A DNA stretch of 64,000 nt. Origin: Candidatus Methanosuratincola verstraetei. Lineage in GTDB: Archaea > Thermoproteota > Methanomethylicia > Methanomethylicales > Methanomethylicaceae. The notes beneath the pieces are model-generated. The model was not told where the DNA came from, did no database searches, and saw only the letters and a program-made list of their open reading frames with translations. The stretch spans positions 608,001 to 672,000 of the forward strand of contig CP186953.1 in NCBI GenBank assembly GCA_049570475.1, in the 5' to 3' direction. Below, one piece after another: positions 30,082 through 39,060 of the stretch (positions are counted from its first letter, which is position 1; every line of letters starts with the position of its first letter). The position numbers and the translations under genes were made by a program.

Positions 30082-31074
30082 ATGATTATAGCAGTCGCCC
30101 TTATCATCATCCTTGTGATAATCAACCCCTACGCCCCCAAGGCATGGCACCAAAGGCTGGTGTTTGCCTTCGACGACGTATTGATGCGGATTGCCCCCTT
30201 GATCTATGAGGGGCTGGTGATTCCGTGCAGGCGGAAGATCTACGACATTATGAAGAGGGGGGCGATCGATTCGAAGATCAGGTCCATAGTCTCTGGTGGG
30301 GCGTACCTCTTCACCAACGTGGAGGTGGAGACCGTGAACTGGTGCAACGGCGACTGCTCATTCTGCCCGGCCAGCGTGACGCAGGAGGGGCGCCCCAGGC
30401 AGGTCATGGAGGAGGGTCTCTTCAGGTCGTTGGTGGACCAGCTCAAAGATTTGGACTACAGCGGAGGGCTCGCCCTATATTCGAACAACGAGCCTCTGCT
30501 GGACCCGAGGATATGCGATTTTGCGGATTACGCAAGAGATCGGCTCCCGAATGCATTCATCTACATGATGACCAACTGGACGCTCCTGACCGAGGGCAAG
30601 TTGGCGAGGCTCATGGGATCGCTCGACAAGCTGATCATCGACAACTACAGTGACGACCTTGATCTGCTGCCAAATGTCCGAGATGCGGTGAGGCTCTGCT
30701 TGCAGAACGAGGCGTGGAGGAGGAAGGCGGTAGTGATCTTGCGCAAAAAGAACGAGTTCAGGACGAACAGGGCCGGTCAGGCAAGGAACCGGAAAAGCCG
30801 CATCCCCCTCTCGTCATCCTGCCTCTATCCCTTTTCGCAGGTCGTTGTCAGGCCCGACGGGAAGTTGAGCCTCTGCTGCAACGACGTCTGCGGGGTGACG
30901 ACTATGGGGGACCTGAAAAAGGAGGGGCTCCTCGAGGCATGGCGCGGCGATCGGTACCGGATTGCCAGATCCAGGATTGCGAGGGGCAGGGCCAACTACA
31001 GCCCTTGCATAATATGCGACAACCTTACGACGGATTACATCGACCGTTTCGCACGGCGCCTTGCCTGCCCGTAA
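30082..31074 (+). CDS. Radical SAM protein with SPASM/twitch domain and N-terminal hydrophobic segment
   Basis: CNGDCSFC, NNEPLLD, C-x-YP...DG...CC-D...MGDL, CxxC. Confidence 0.88.
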   Translation: MIIAVALIIILVIINPYAPKAWHQRLVFAFDDVLMRIAPLIYEGLVIPCRRKIYDIMKRGAIDSKIRSIVSGGAYLFTNVEVETVNWCNGDCSFCPASVTQEGRPRQVMEEGLFRSLVDQLKDLDYSGGLALYSNNEPLLDPRICDFADYARDRLPNAFIYMMTNWTLLTEGKLARLMGSLDKLIIDNYSDDLDLLPNVRDAVRLCLQNEAWRRKAVVILRKKNEFRTNRAGQARNRKSRIPLSSSCLYPFSQVVVRPDGKLSLCCNDVCGVTTMGDLKKEGLLEAWRGDRYRIARSRIARGRANYSPCIICDNLTTDYIDRFARRLACP

Positions 31075-31201
31075 AGCTTCTGCGGGGGCGCTAATTTCGA
31101 TGGTTCCGGCACAATCTTGTTCATCATTTATGGCAGAACGCCAGCTATCCGCGCTACGGCTGACAGGGCGCCTAGGGGGGAGGGCGCCCAGGATCGCCAA
31201 T

Positions 31202-32098
31202 TCATTCGCGCTGAAGCCGGCATTGCACCAGATGGGATTTCCAAGCCTGGGACGTGGGCTCGCCGCCCAGGACCTCCTCAAGAGGCAGGTCGTACCGGAC
31301 CGAGTGGAATATACCGTGCGAAGGGTTTTCCTTTATAACGCTCCTCGGTACGCCCTCGAAGCGCACGTATGGGAAGTCGAGCCTCCCGCACGAGAAGCCC
31401 ATTGCGCTGACGATCGTCGGCAGCCTGAGCTCGCAGAAGCCCGAGGGCCACCTGACCGAGGATATCGCCTCGACAGCAGGCCTGGATATGATCAGACCCG
31501 GGAAGAAGCAAAGGTAAAGCCTTGTCCGGCAGCCCCTGTTACGGAGCCACTTTTCGAAGCCCTTTTTGACCCCCACCGGCGCTTTGATCCACTTCCAGTA
31601 CGAGACCGACGAATCGATCTCCCGGAAGTTCACGAAGGCTGCGTCGTACTTCAGGTAAGGCGAGTATATCTCGCTGACGCTCCTGGTTAGGTACACATCG
31701 TACTCGAGGTAAACAAGATAATCGAAGTCGAGCCCCCTGCCCTCGGCGCGGAACCAGTTGCGGATCGCCTTGTCCTGGTTGTAGTAGCCCAGCGGAGTGA
31801 AGTCGAAGTAGGGCTCGAGCCCCAGACCGCGGAGGGCACTGCGCACCCTCTTTGCGCGATCCCCCAGCTTCCTTCGGCTCCGCTCAGAGATTGCCGACTC
31901 GATGCCAGGCGACTGGAGGAGGCGCATTAGGACCTCCAGGGCGATCCTCCGCGGGAGCCTGGATCGGGGGAGGCGCATGCCTGCGCCGAAGCACGGGACG
32001 ACTGCGGCGCCCGGGTTGAGCGCCATGATCTGCCTTAGCCTGTTTATCGAGAGGGGGTCCAGCCTGTGGAAAGTGTAGAAGATCAGGAATTTAGCCAT
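31202..32098 (-). CDS. Hypothetical protein, possibly a GT-A-like glycan-modifying enzyme
   Basis: FDYLVYLEYDVY (DxD-like), FCELRLPT, IFHSV; host-like codon usage; start set at ATG 32098. Confidence 0.55.
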   Translation of the reverse strand: MAKFLIFYTFHRLDPLSINRLRQIMALNPGAAVVPCFGAGMRLPRSRLPRRIALEVLMRLLQSPGIESAISERSRRKLGDRAKRVRSALRGLGLEPYFDFTPLGYYNQDKAIRNWFRAEGRGLDFDYLVYLEYDVYLTRSVSEIYSPYLKYDAAFVNFREIDSSVSYWKWIKAPVGVKKGFEKWLRNRGCRTRLYLCFFPGLIISRPAVEAISSVRWPSGFCELRLPTIVSAMGFSCGRLDFPYVRFEGVPRSVIKENPSHGIFHSVRYDLPLEEVLGGEPTSQAWKSHLVQCRLQRE

Positions 32099-32520
32099 CG
32101 CTTGTCGATAAAGTCTGGTCCGAGGCAGCATAAATAATAAGCACCTGGAGAGGAGGCTTCTGAAACCGGGATGCATGACCACGGGATCCTGGAGAGTCGG
32201 CTCGGGATCCAAGAGATGCATTGGGACAAGATCACGTTGCTAAGCGCTTAGCCCTGACGATCCCCGAGAGGATTGGAAAGCATCCAAGCAAGCAAGCCAT
32301 CTATCCATCCATGCCATAAACAGCAAAATTAGGCGCCCGGAAAGGGGGACAGGATGAAGAATTCACCATTTTTTCGGAGCCCCGCCAGAAAGGGCTGCTT
32401 TGCCCCTGGTTGACCCTGAGGAGGGTTTTTCGAGAGCCTCCCCCCACGAGCAGGGTTCAAGATATGCGTCCAATTTTATAAGAAATAAGTTTATATATTG
32501 TCCAATTTTTTTGGATAAAT

Positions 32521-33110
32521 ATGAAAGGAGAGCCCGTCTTCAGGGAGATCCTGAAGAAAGTCTTGGAGGAGAAGGCAAGCCATTTTAATGTGAGATCGCT
32601 CTCCGAAGCGACGGGAATACCCCCCAGCACCGTCAGCCACAGCCTGAGGGCGCTAAAGGAGATGGGGGCGATAGAGGTCAGCCGAAATGGGATCACTGTA
32701 AAGAACCCCAGGAAGATCCTTCTCTTCTGGTGCAGCATCAGGCGACTAGAACCGTTGGTGGTGTACCGGAAAAGCCTTCAGATGCCAGTCCAAGAGATAG
32801 AAGGCATGGCACCTCCCGAAGCTATCTTCACTGCATTCACCGCATTCAAGCACCGCTTCGGATATGCTCCAGCCGACTATAGCGAGGTCTATGTATACGG
32901 CGACGCAGAGCGCTTCGAATCAAGGTTAGGCCGTCATCTACGCCTAAAGAAAGGTGCAACTTGATCGTTGTGGAGGCGGATGCTGAACTGAAAATGCTGG
33001 GAGGGGCAACCCTGGCGCAGATATATGTTGATCTCTTGAACATAGCGACTTGGTACGCCCGAGACTTCATCAACGAGCCGGACAGGATGATCTTAGATGG
33101 CGTTCTGCCA
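32521..33110 (+). pseudogene. Winged-helix antitoxin-like gene (AbiEi-like), frameshifted near 32955
   Basis: N-terminal HTH (SLSEATGIPPSTVSHSL). PADYSEVYVY continues in another frame as TLAQIYVDLLNIATWYARDF. Confidence 0.65.
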
Positions 33111-33730
33111 CCCGAACGTAACAGAGGAGAGATGGAGGTGCTTCTGGAACTGAAAGGGAAGCATTCGTCCATACTGATTGGCGGGTGGGCGGTCTGGCTC
33201 TGCACGAAAGCGCTAAAGTCAAGTCAAAGGATGTCGACACGATAGTCGACTCAGGAGCCCGCCAGGCTCAGGAAAGAGCACCCGATCGCAAAGAGCCCCG
33301 CTTGAAGAGGCACGAGCTGGAGCAAGGATCGACGGATGCTGAATATACGCGCTCCACTGTTCGGACTCCGGGATCCCGGCGAATCAGATAAGCACGAATG
33401 CCCGCAGCATCGGGGGATTCAGAGCGCTATCCCCAGAGCGCCCCCTTGCGCTGAAGCTGAGGGCAGCAATGGACCGCGAGATGTCTGCCAAGGGGGAGAA
33501 GGACGGGATTGACATAATGGCATTGCCAGCGCCGGGGGGGAGTAAGCCTCAGGGGATTCGTTTCCTTATGCAAATGCCACGCCCTTGACAGCTACATGGA
33601 CTGCCTAGAGAGGATTGCACTTAGGGGTGAGACGGAGCATGCCTCAATCGGCCTGACCGACCTCCGGAAGGTCAAGAGCTTTGAAGAGCGGTTTGAGAAG
33701 GGGCTTGAGGACGCAAAGGCTCGCCACTGA
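33097..33730 (+). pseudogene. Nucleotidyltransferase toxin-like gene (AbiEii-like), multiply frameshifted
   Basis: Fragments in different frames: ILIGGWAVWL, KSKDVDTIVD, LALKLRAAMDREMSAKGEKDGIDIMAL. Confidence 0.65.
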
Positions 33731-33968
33731 CGCCGACCAACCCCTCAAGGACGGCTTCGTTCCAGGTCAAAAATGACCCGTTCCGTTCGGGCGCTGAAAG
33801 TGAAAGCCAGGCTCCGCAAGGCAGAGGAGCGTTTTAGGGCGATCGGCGCATATTGCATCCAGATGCCCTGACCGATTGCCGCCGTCTGCAACCAAGCAAG
33901 CCTGAGCTACGGGCGGCTCCCTAGCGGGGCTGAACAGGGGTTTGGGGGCTGCCGGGGGGAGATCAGGA

Positions 33969-34553
33969 TCAAGAGCCCCTGAGGATGGAGAGGACCTGCG
34001 CCGCGATCAAGCCCGGGATCGAGCCGCGGTTCACGGCATCCAGCAGGAAGATCGAAGAGTCTACCCTCGCCTTTATTGATTCGATGAGCGGGTCGCGGGA
34101 CCTGAAGTGGACCGTGGCCACGACGGGCTTGCCGCACTCGGCAGCCCTACCCACGGCTTCCCTGAACCTCCCGGAGAGGAGCTCCATGGGACCGATCTCG
34201 TCGATCGCGATCACGTCGGAGGCGGCTACCGCATCCAGTATCCCGGAGGCACCTATGCCCTCCAGCGAGGCGATGTCCACGAGGTACCTCCCTACCCGCG
34301 GGCCGGGCCCCTGGCATGCGCGGGCGAGCCAGCCCCGGTTGCCCGAGGAGAGGTCGAGGACCTCGAACCCCACCCTCGCACCGCCGGCGCCCCCGCGGAC
34401 CTCCCTCGTGATCATCCCGCCCACAGAGACCCCTTCCCGCCGGAGGAGCTCGGCTACCCACACCACAGCCGTCGTCTTCCCTATCCCAGGGGGGCCTGTC
34501 AGCAGGAAGATGCGCTTCCCCGAGGGCGGAGCTTCGAGCAAATTAATCCCCAT
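33969..34553 (-). CDS. Nucleoside-triphosphatase THEP1 (NTPase_1)
   Basis: LTGPPGIGKTT, GGMITREVR, RVGRYLVD, IDEIGPMEL. Confidence 0.92.
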   Translation of the reverse strand: MGINLLEAPPSGKRIFLLTGPPGIGKTTAVVWVAELLRREGVSVGGMITREVRGGAGGARVGFEVLDLSSGNRGWLARACQGPGPRVGRYLVDIASLEGIGASGILDAVAASDVIAIDEIGPMELLSGRFREAVGRAAECGKPVVATVHFRSRDPLIESIKARVDSSIFLLDAVNRGSIPGLIAAQVLSILRGS

Positions 34554-35127
34554 GAGGATACTGATCCGCAAGGCTTTCTTAAAGGAAGCGCCAGATCCGG
34601 ATTGGGAAGGGGAGGATGCGCCGAATGAAGAACGACGGCGCTGCATCTCAAGCAATCTCGGCGGATTGGCAGACCGGGCTTATGGGCTGCGCGCGGTTCC
34701 CGACGGATACCCTGAACCTCATGTACGGGCACTGCACGGGTTCCACAATCGCCACGGGCATGCTTGGGGCGGCGGGCATGATAAATACGGTCGGTTTATC
34801 CGCAAACGACACGCCGGGCGCGCACCATGGCCCTGGCTAGCCTTGACGACGCAGGAGACTGCAGCCCAGCCTGCTGCGCATCACTGCGGTAGAGCCTGAC
34901 GGACAAGAAATGAGCAGTAATCGAGCCGCAGCGCGATCCGTTCTTCTAGGAACGGCAGGGATATAGGCTGAAGCATGGCAGCTGCCTCAGGGGCGGAGCG
35001 CAGGGCGGACTGGAGTCGCCCCGATTTGTTTGTGTTTTTGCCTCATCATTGCGCTGCGGAAATGAAGGTAGTTTTGATTCCATGCTTCCGGAGCCTGATT
35101 TAATGCTATTGGAACCTGAATTTGATG

Positions 35128-35180
35128 CTATTGCATATATAAATGCAATAGTAATATAGCACTACTGTATTTATAAATAC
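35128..35180. promoter_or_regulatory. Two palindromes over the promoter of the AAA ATPase gene
   Basis: CTATTGCAT-atataa-ATGCAATAG (35128-35151) and the perfect 14-mer GTATTTATAAATAC (35167-35180). Confidence 0.6.
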
Positions 35181-35199
35181 CATAGCAGATGGTGAGAGC

Positions 35200-36729
35200 T
35201 TGAGGGTATCGATCGCTGACCTCTATGAGTTCAACCCGTGGTGGCAGGATCCAGAGAGGATTGAGGAGGACCCGCAGGTCACGGAATGGAGGGGGGCGGC
35301 CTTCAGGTGGGTGCCGCGCCTCTGCAGGACTTTTGAAGACGCAGATGTCATTTACACGATGAGGGGGCCAAGGCGCGTGGGAAAGACCACCCTGCTGAAG
35401 CTGAAGATCATGGAACTCCTGAGGAAGGGGGCGAACCCGAAAAACATCTTCTACTTCTCCTGCGACCTGCTTAGCGGCCCCAGGCAGCTGGCGGAGACGC
35501 TGGATCTTTACCTTGACCAGGTGAGGGGGGAGTACCCGAGCGCAGGGGGAACCGAGAGGGCGCACATCTTCGTAGACGAGGTTTCAAGCGTGAAGGATTG
35601 GCAGAAGGGGCTGAAGGCCACAATAGATGCGGGCAAGCTCAGGGGATGCACGGTCATCCTGACCGGCTCGCACAGCATGGACATCAGGAAGGCATCCGAA
35701 ACGCTGGCGGGGAGGAGGGGGGACGCAGCCAGCCTCCGCTACGGGAGCCCGGACAAGGTCTTCCTCCCAATGAAGTTCTCGGAGTACGCCGAAACCCGGT
35801 CAGCGGAGATCCGCGGTGCGATCAGGGAGGCCAGGGCGCTCTCCCCGGAGGGCAGGAAGGCAGCCCTGCTCCAGGTGCTGGACGGCAAGTTGCCGGAGCT
35901 CTTCAGGGGCGTCATGGGGCAGTCGCGCAGGCTCGAGGAGATGCTTGACGACTACCTGATAACTGGCGGAATGCCCCGGCCAATCAATGAGTATGCCTCC
36001 AGGCACACCATATCGGACAGCACCTACTCCGATTTTGTGGATCTGATGATGAAGGACATTTCTCGGTGGGGAGGGGAGGAGGCGTTGGCAAGGCAGGTCC
36101 TCCGGCGGGTGTCTGAGACGATGGCGACGCAGGTGAGCCCGAACGCGCTCAAGGACGGGACGGAGATAGCGGATTACAGGACGGTGGAGAAGTACCTGGG
36201 CGCGTTGAAGGGCAGCTTTGTGCTGGGGACAGCCTACAGGCTCGACGCCACAAGGGGGCAGCCGTTCTACAGGAAGGAGAGGAAGATTTACTTTGCCGAC
36301 CCGTTCATCTTCCACGCCTGCAGGGGATGGCTCTCCGGAAGGGGCGCATTTGATGCGAGCAGGATTTTCTTGGAGACGCCCGGAATGAAGGGGAGGCTGC
36401 TGGAGGGCGTAGTCTTCAGCCACATGGCGCGGCTGGCTTACGGGCTTGCCCCAAGCCCCCTCTTCGACGCGTCAAGCGCGGTCTTTTACTGGAAGAGCCG
36501 GAAGGGGAGGGAGCTGGACTTCGCTTTCAGCCTTGATGGGAAGTACGTCCCGGTGGAGGTGAAGTACTCCTCGCGGATAAGGAGGGAGGACTGCTACAGC
36601 ATATACGACTTCATGAAGACGGGCACCGCGGCGCGGAGGGGCATTATCGTGACGAAGGACGTGCTGGATGTGGAGGGTGCGGGGTCGTGCGCGAAGGTGC
36701 CATGCTACCTCTTCCTGCTCCTGGCATGA
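35200..36729 (+). CDS. AAA+ ATPase (AAA_14) with DUF4143-type C-terminal PD-(D/E)XK-like domain
   Basis: FNPWW, GPRRVGKTT, IFVDEV, LTGS, LAGR, GGMP, KIYFADP, ELDF...PVEVKY. Confidence 0.9.
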   Translation: MRVSIADLYEFNPWWQDPERIEEDPQVTEWRGAAFRWVPRLCRTFEDADVIYTMRGPRRVGKTTLLKLKIMELLRKGANPKNIFYFSCDLLSGPRQLAETLDLYLDQVRGEYPSAGGTERAHIFVDEVSSVKDWQKGLKATIDAGKLRGCTVILTGSHSMDIRKASETLAGRRGDAASLRYGSPDKVFLPMKFSEYAETRSAEIRGAIREARALSPEGRKAALLQVLDGKLPELFRGVMGQSRRLEEMLDDYLITGGMPRPINEYASRHTISDSTYSDFVDLMMKDISRWGGEEALARQVLRRVSETMATQVSPNALKDGTEIADYRTVEKYLGALKGSFVLGTAYRLDATRGQPFYRKERKIYFADPFIFHACRGWLSGRGAFDASRIFLETPGMKGRLLEGVVFSHMARLAYGLAPSPLFDASSAVFYWKSRKGRELDFAFSLDGKYVPVEVKYSSRIRREDCYSIYDFMKTGTAARRGIIVTKDVLDVEGAGSCAKVPCYLFLLLA

Positions 36730-36854
36730 ACCATGGCAGCGCTACGCTGAGGGCAACTAAGGCTACAATCTACAAAAGGCTGAAAGATGCCAGGTGAATT
36801 GGAAAAAACCTTGGAAGGGATGATGATTGGTTACAACGCGATCCCTAATAACAG

Positions 36855-37010
36855 TCAAAAGTGCCCCTTCTCTTCCAAGTAACGCCTCAGCGCGTCCTTC
36901 CATTGGGGCATCTCTATACCGTATTTCTTCAATAAAACAAGTGCTGTCCAGCGCATAATATGCCGGGCGCTTCCTTTGATTGATAATCCGAAGATCTCGT
37001 GGGCTTGGGC
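36855..37010 (-). pseudogene. rfbD: 3' remnant of an rmlD/rfbD gene (copy A, two frameshifts)
   Basis: KPTRSSDYQSK / KRPAYYALDS / LKKYGIEMPQWKDALRRYLEEKGHF*. Confidence 0.75.
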
Positions 37011-37069
37011 TGGTGCAACCTTGAGGAGTTGAAGCCTTTTGGGTTTGATGCAAAAAGATAATAATAATG

Positions 37070-37089
37070 CCACATAATATACCATGTGG
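37070..37089. promoter_or_regulatory. Inverted-repeat operator upstream of the second vapBC
   Basis: CCACAT-aatatacc-ATGTGG, 7 nt upstream of the antitoxin ATG. Confidence 0.6.
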
Positions 37090-37096
37090 TGAAAAT

Positions 37097-37372
37097 ATGG
37101 AAGAAACGGTGAATGTTGATAAGCAGGGAAGAGTAGTCCTTCCGTCTCGGATGAGGGAGGCCCTTGGCATAAAAAGCGGTGGGGAGGCTACGATAAGGCT
37201 CACGGGGAACCAGATCATAATAGAGGCGACCTCGGTTGAGACGAAAGCGAGAGTGGCGGAATGGGGGAGGATGGCGAGGAGCCTCAAGGCGGAGGCAATC
37301 TCTGAGGGCGGGGAAGAAAGCCACAAGTGGGTGAGCCGCGAATATGCCAGGAAAAAGCTCGGCCTTTCCTGA
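37097..37372 (+). CDS. vapB: AbrB/MazE/SpoVT family antitoxin
   Basis: MEETVNVDKQGRVVLPSRMREALGI. Confidence 0.88.
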   Translation: MEETVNVDKQGRVVLPSRMREALGIKSGGEATIRLTGNQIIIEATSVETKARVAEWGRMARSLKAEAISEGGEESHKWVSREYARKKLGLS

Positions 37373-37829
37373 AGGAGTGGTCGATGTGAGCATAATTGTG
37401 CCCACATGCTTTGAAAATCCTCTAAAGGAAGAGAGCATAAAGTTCACGGAAGACGTGCTTGCTCAGAAGAAACGTGCTGTGTTGCCAGTAACGGCGCTTA
37501 TGGGTGCTTACCACATAGCTACGAGATACCTGAAAATCCCGCGCGTGGCGGTGAAGAAGGTTCTGGAGGGGATTGCAGAATCCGGCTCTGCTGCCCTTTA
37601 CCCGCAGGTAACGCCTGAAAATGCCGTGGATGGCTTGGATTATGCCTGCGCCTATGGCATCGAGTCATGGGATGGGTACCTGATTGCCATTGCGAAGGGC
37701 TCTGGGACCTCAATAATATATTCGCTTGACATGGAGCTGGCAAAGGCAGGGGAGGTGACCGTGGTTGTTCCGTTCTCCCCTGAGGCAGTAAGCAAGTACC
37801 ATGATTTTCTTAGGGCCAAGGGCTTCTGA
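37344..37829 (+). CDS. vapC: PIN-domain (VapC) toxin
   Basis: VVDVSII, WDGYLIAIA, IYSLD; overlaps the antitoxin gene. Confidence 0.82.
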   Translation: MPGKSSAFPEGVVDVSIIVPTCFENPLKEESIKFTEDVLAQKKRAVLPVTALMGAYHIATRYLKIPRVAVKKVLEGIAESGSAALYPQVTPENAVDGLDYACAYGIESWDGYLIAIAKGSGTSIIYSLDMELAKAGEVTVVVPFSPEAVSKYHDFLRAKGF

Positions 37830-37912
37830 ACGTGGACAGTACGTGAGTAGCCCAAGCGCGCGACATGGCAGCATCAGATGAGCTGAAATGCAGCGGGCTT
37901 TCGAGAGGAATA

Positions 37913-38056
37913 CTATGCGAGAGAAAGAGGCTGCAAATGCCCTTTCTCCTCGAGGTAGCGGCGGAGGGCGTCCCTCCAGTGAGGCATCTCTATGCCCCAT
38001 CTCCCCAGCTTGTTGCTCGATAGAGCCGAGTAAGCGGGGCGCCTTGCCAGCGGCGA
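37913..38056 (-). pseudogene. rfbD: 3' remnant of an rmlD/rfbD gene (copy B, open frame but no 5' end)
   Basis: Manual translation SPLARRPAYSALSSNKLGRWGIEMPHWRDALRRYLEEKGHLQPLSLA*; not in the ORF track. Confidence 0.8.
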
Positions 38057-38543
38057 GCGTCAGGACCGTGTCGATGAAGGCATGGTCGTTGCGGTACCGC
38101 TCGACCAGCCCGTCGGCGGAGAGTGACAAAAGGTCCTTGAAGAACTCCGGGTTGCGCTTCGCGTGCTCCATCAGCGTCGACATGTCCCAGAGATCGATCG
38201 GCTTGCCATGCGCGTTCCTCTTTACTGGATCCTCATAGGCGTTCCACGTGACGTGGACGCCCTTCTAGCCGCTGCCGGCGGCCTCCAGGGCGGAGCAGAA
38301 GTAGTGGATTTCCTTCTGCGAGATCGGGTAAAGGGAGTAGTTCTTGCACTCGACCAGCACCCTGTCGCCGGGCTTCTCGGCGATGATGTCGATCTGCAAC
38401 TTGTCGAAGTCCTTTGTCTGGACGAAGTTGTCGCCGGTCTTCATCTTCGTGGCGTACCCCATCGACCTGAAGAGAAGCTCGACGAGCTCCTCGAAGCGCT
38501 CGCCCTTCAGGCGGTTCCTCTCCCTCCGGTCCAGGCGTTTCAT
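38057..38543 (-). pseudogene. Mrr-like (type IV) restriction endonuclease with an in-frame TAG at 38265-38267 and a 3' truncation
   Basis: KGERFEELVELLFRSMGY...IDIIAEK...VLVECKNY...*KGVHVT...IDLWD; the frame then runs out of register into the rmlD remnant. Confidence 0.8.
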
Positions 38544-39060
38544 TCGCGGGCACCTGATTGCAGAAGGTTTTGTGGACCGGGCTTTATAACCGATGCCTCT
38601 AAAGTAAATTCGATCCTACAAATGTGATTTGATCCGTCAATGCCCCTGATTTCGTTCCGAGTGGGAATGTGCGTTTCGAGATAGTTGCCAAGTTCTCAAC
38701 ACCGCATCCACGAACTGCAGATGATTTCATACATTGGCACCTTATCCTTCGTTTTGATTGATTTTCCTGGCTGTTCTTTCGATCCCGAAAAATAGTTCGC
38801 TAGACGAAGGGGGCGCATCTAATACCCAAGTAAAGCCAATGCCTAAACTGAGTGGTTCATCCAAGCTTTACATAAAAAGGAATTCCAGATTCAAAGGAGG
38901 GGGAACGATTTCTTAGTCTTTGCGGCTGAAAACTTTTCTCCAAGGAAGATGTTATGTCACATTAAATGTCAAATCACACCAAAACTAGGCATTCTATATT
39001 GATGTAATTCGGATTTTTAACTTAAAGGAAAATAGACTAGTGGAACGGAAGTGGCTAAAT

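Noticed and set aside
37710-38183. 157-aa ORF as an independent gene
   Set aside because: It is the post-stop part of Mrr running out of frame through the rmlD tail and antisense into vapC.
38265-38267. In-frame TAG in the Mrr gene as possible pyrrolysine or read-through site
   Set aside because: The gene is also truncated by the junction with the rmlD remnant, neighbouring genes are pseudogenes, TAG is used as a normal stop elsewhere in the window, and no pyl genes are visible.
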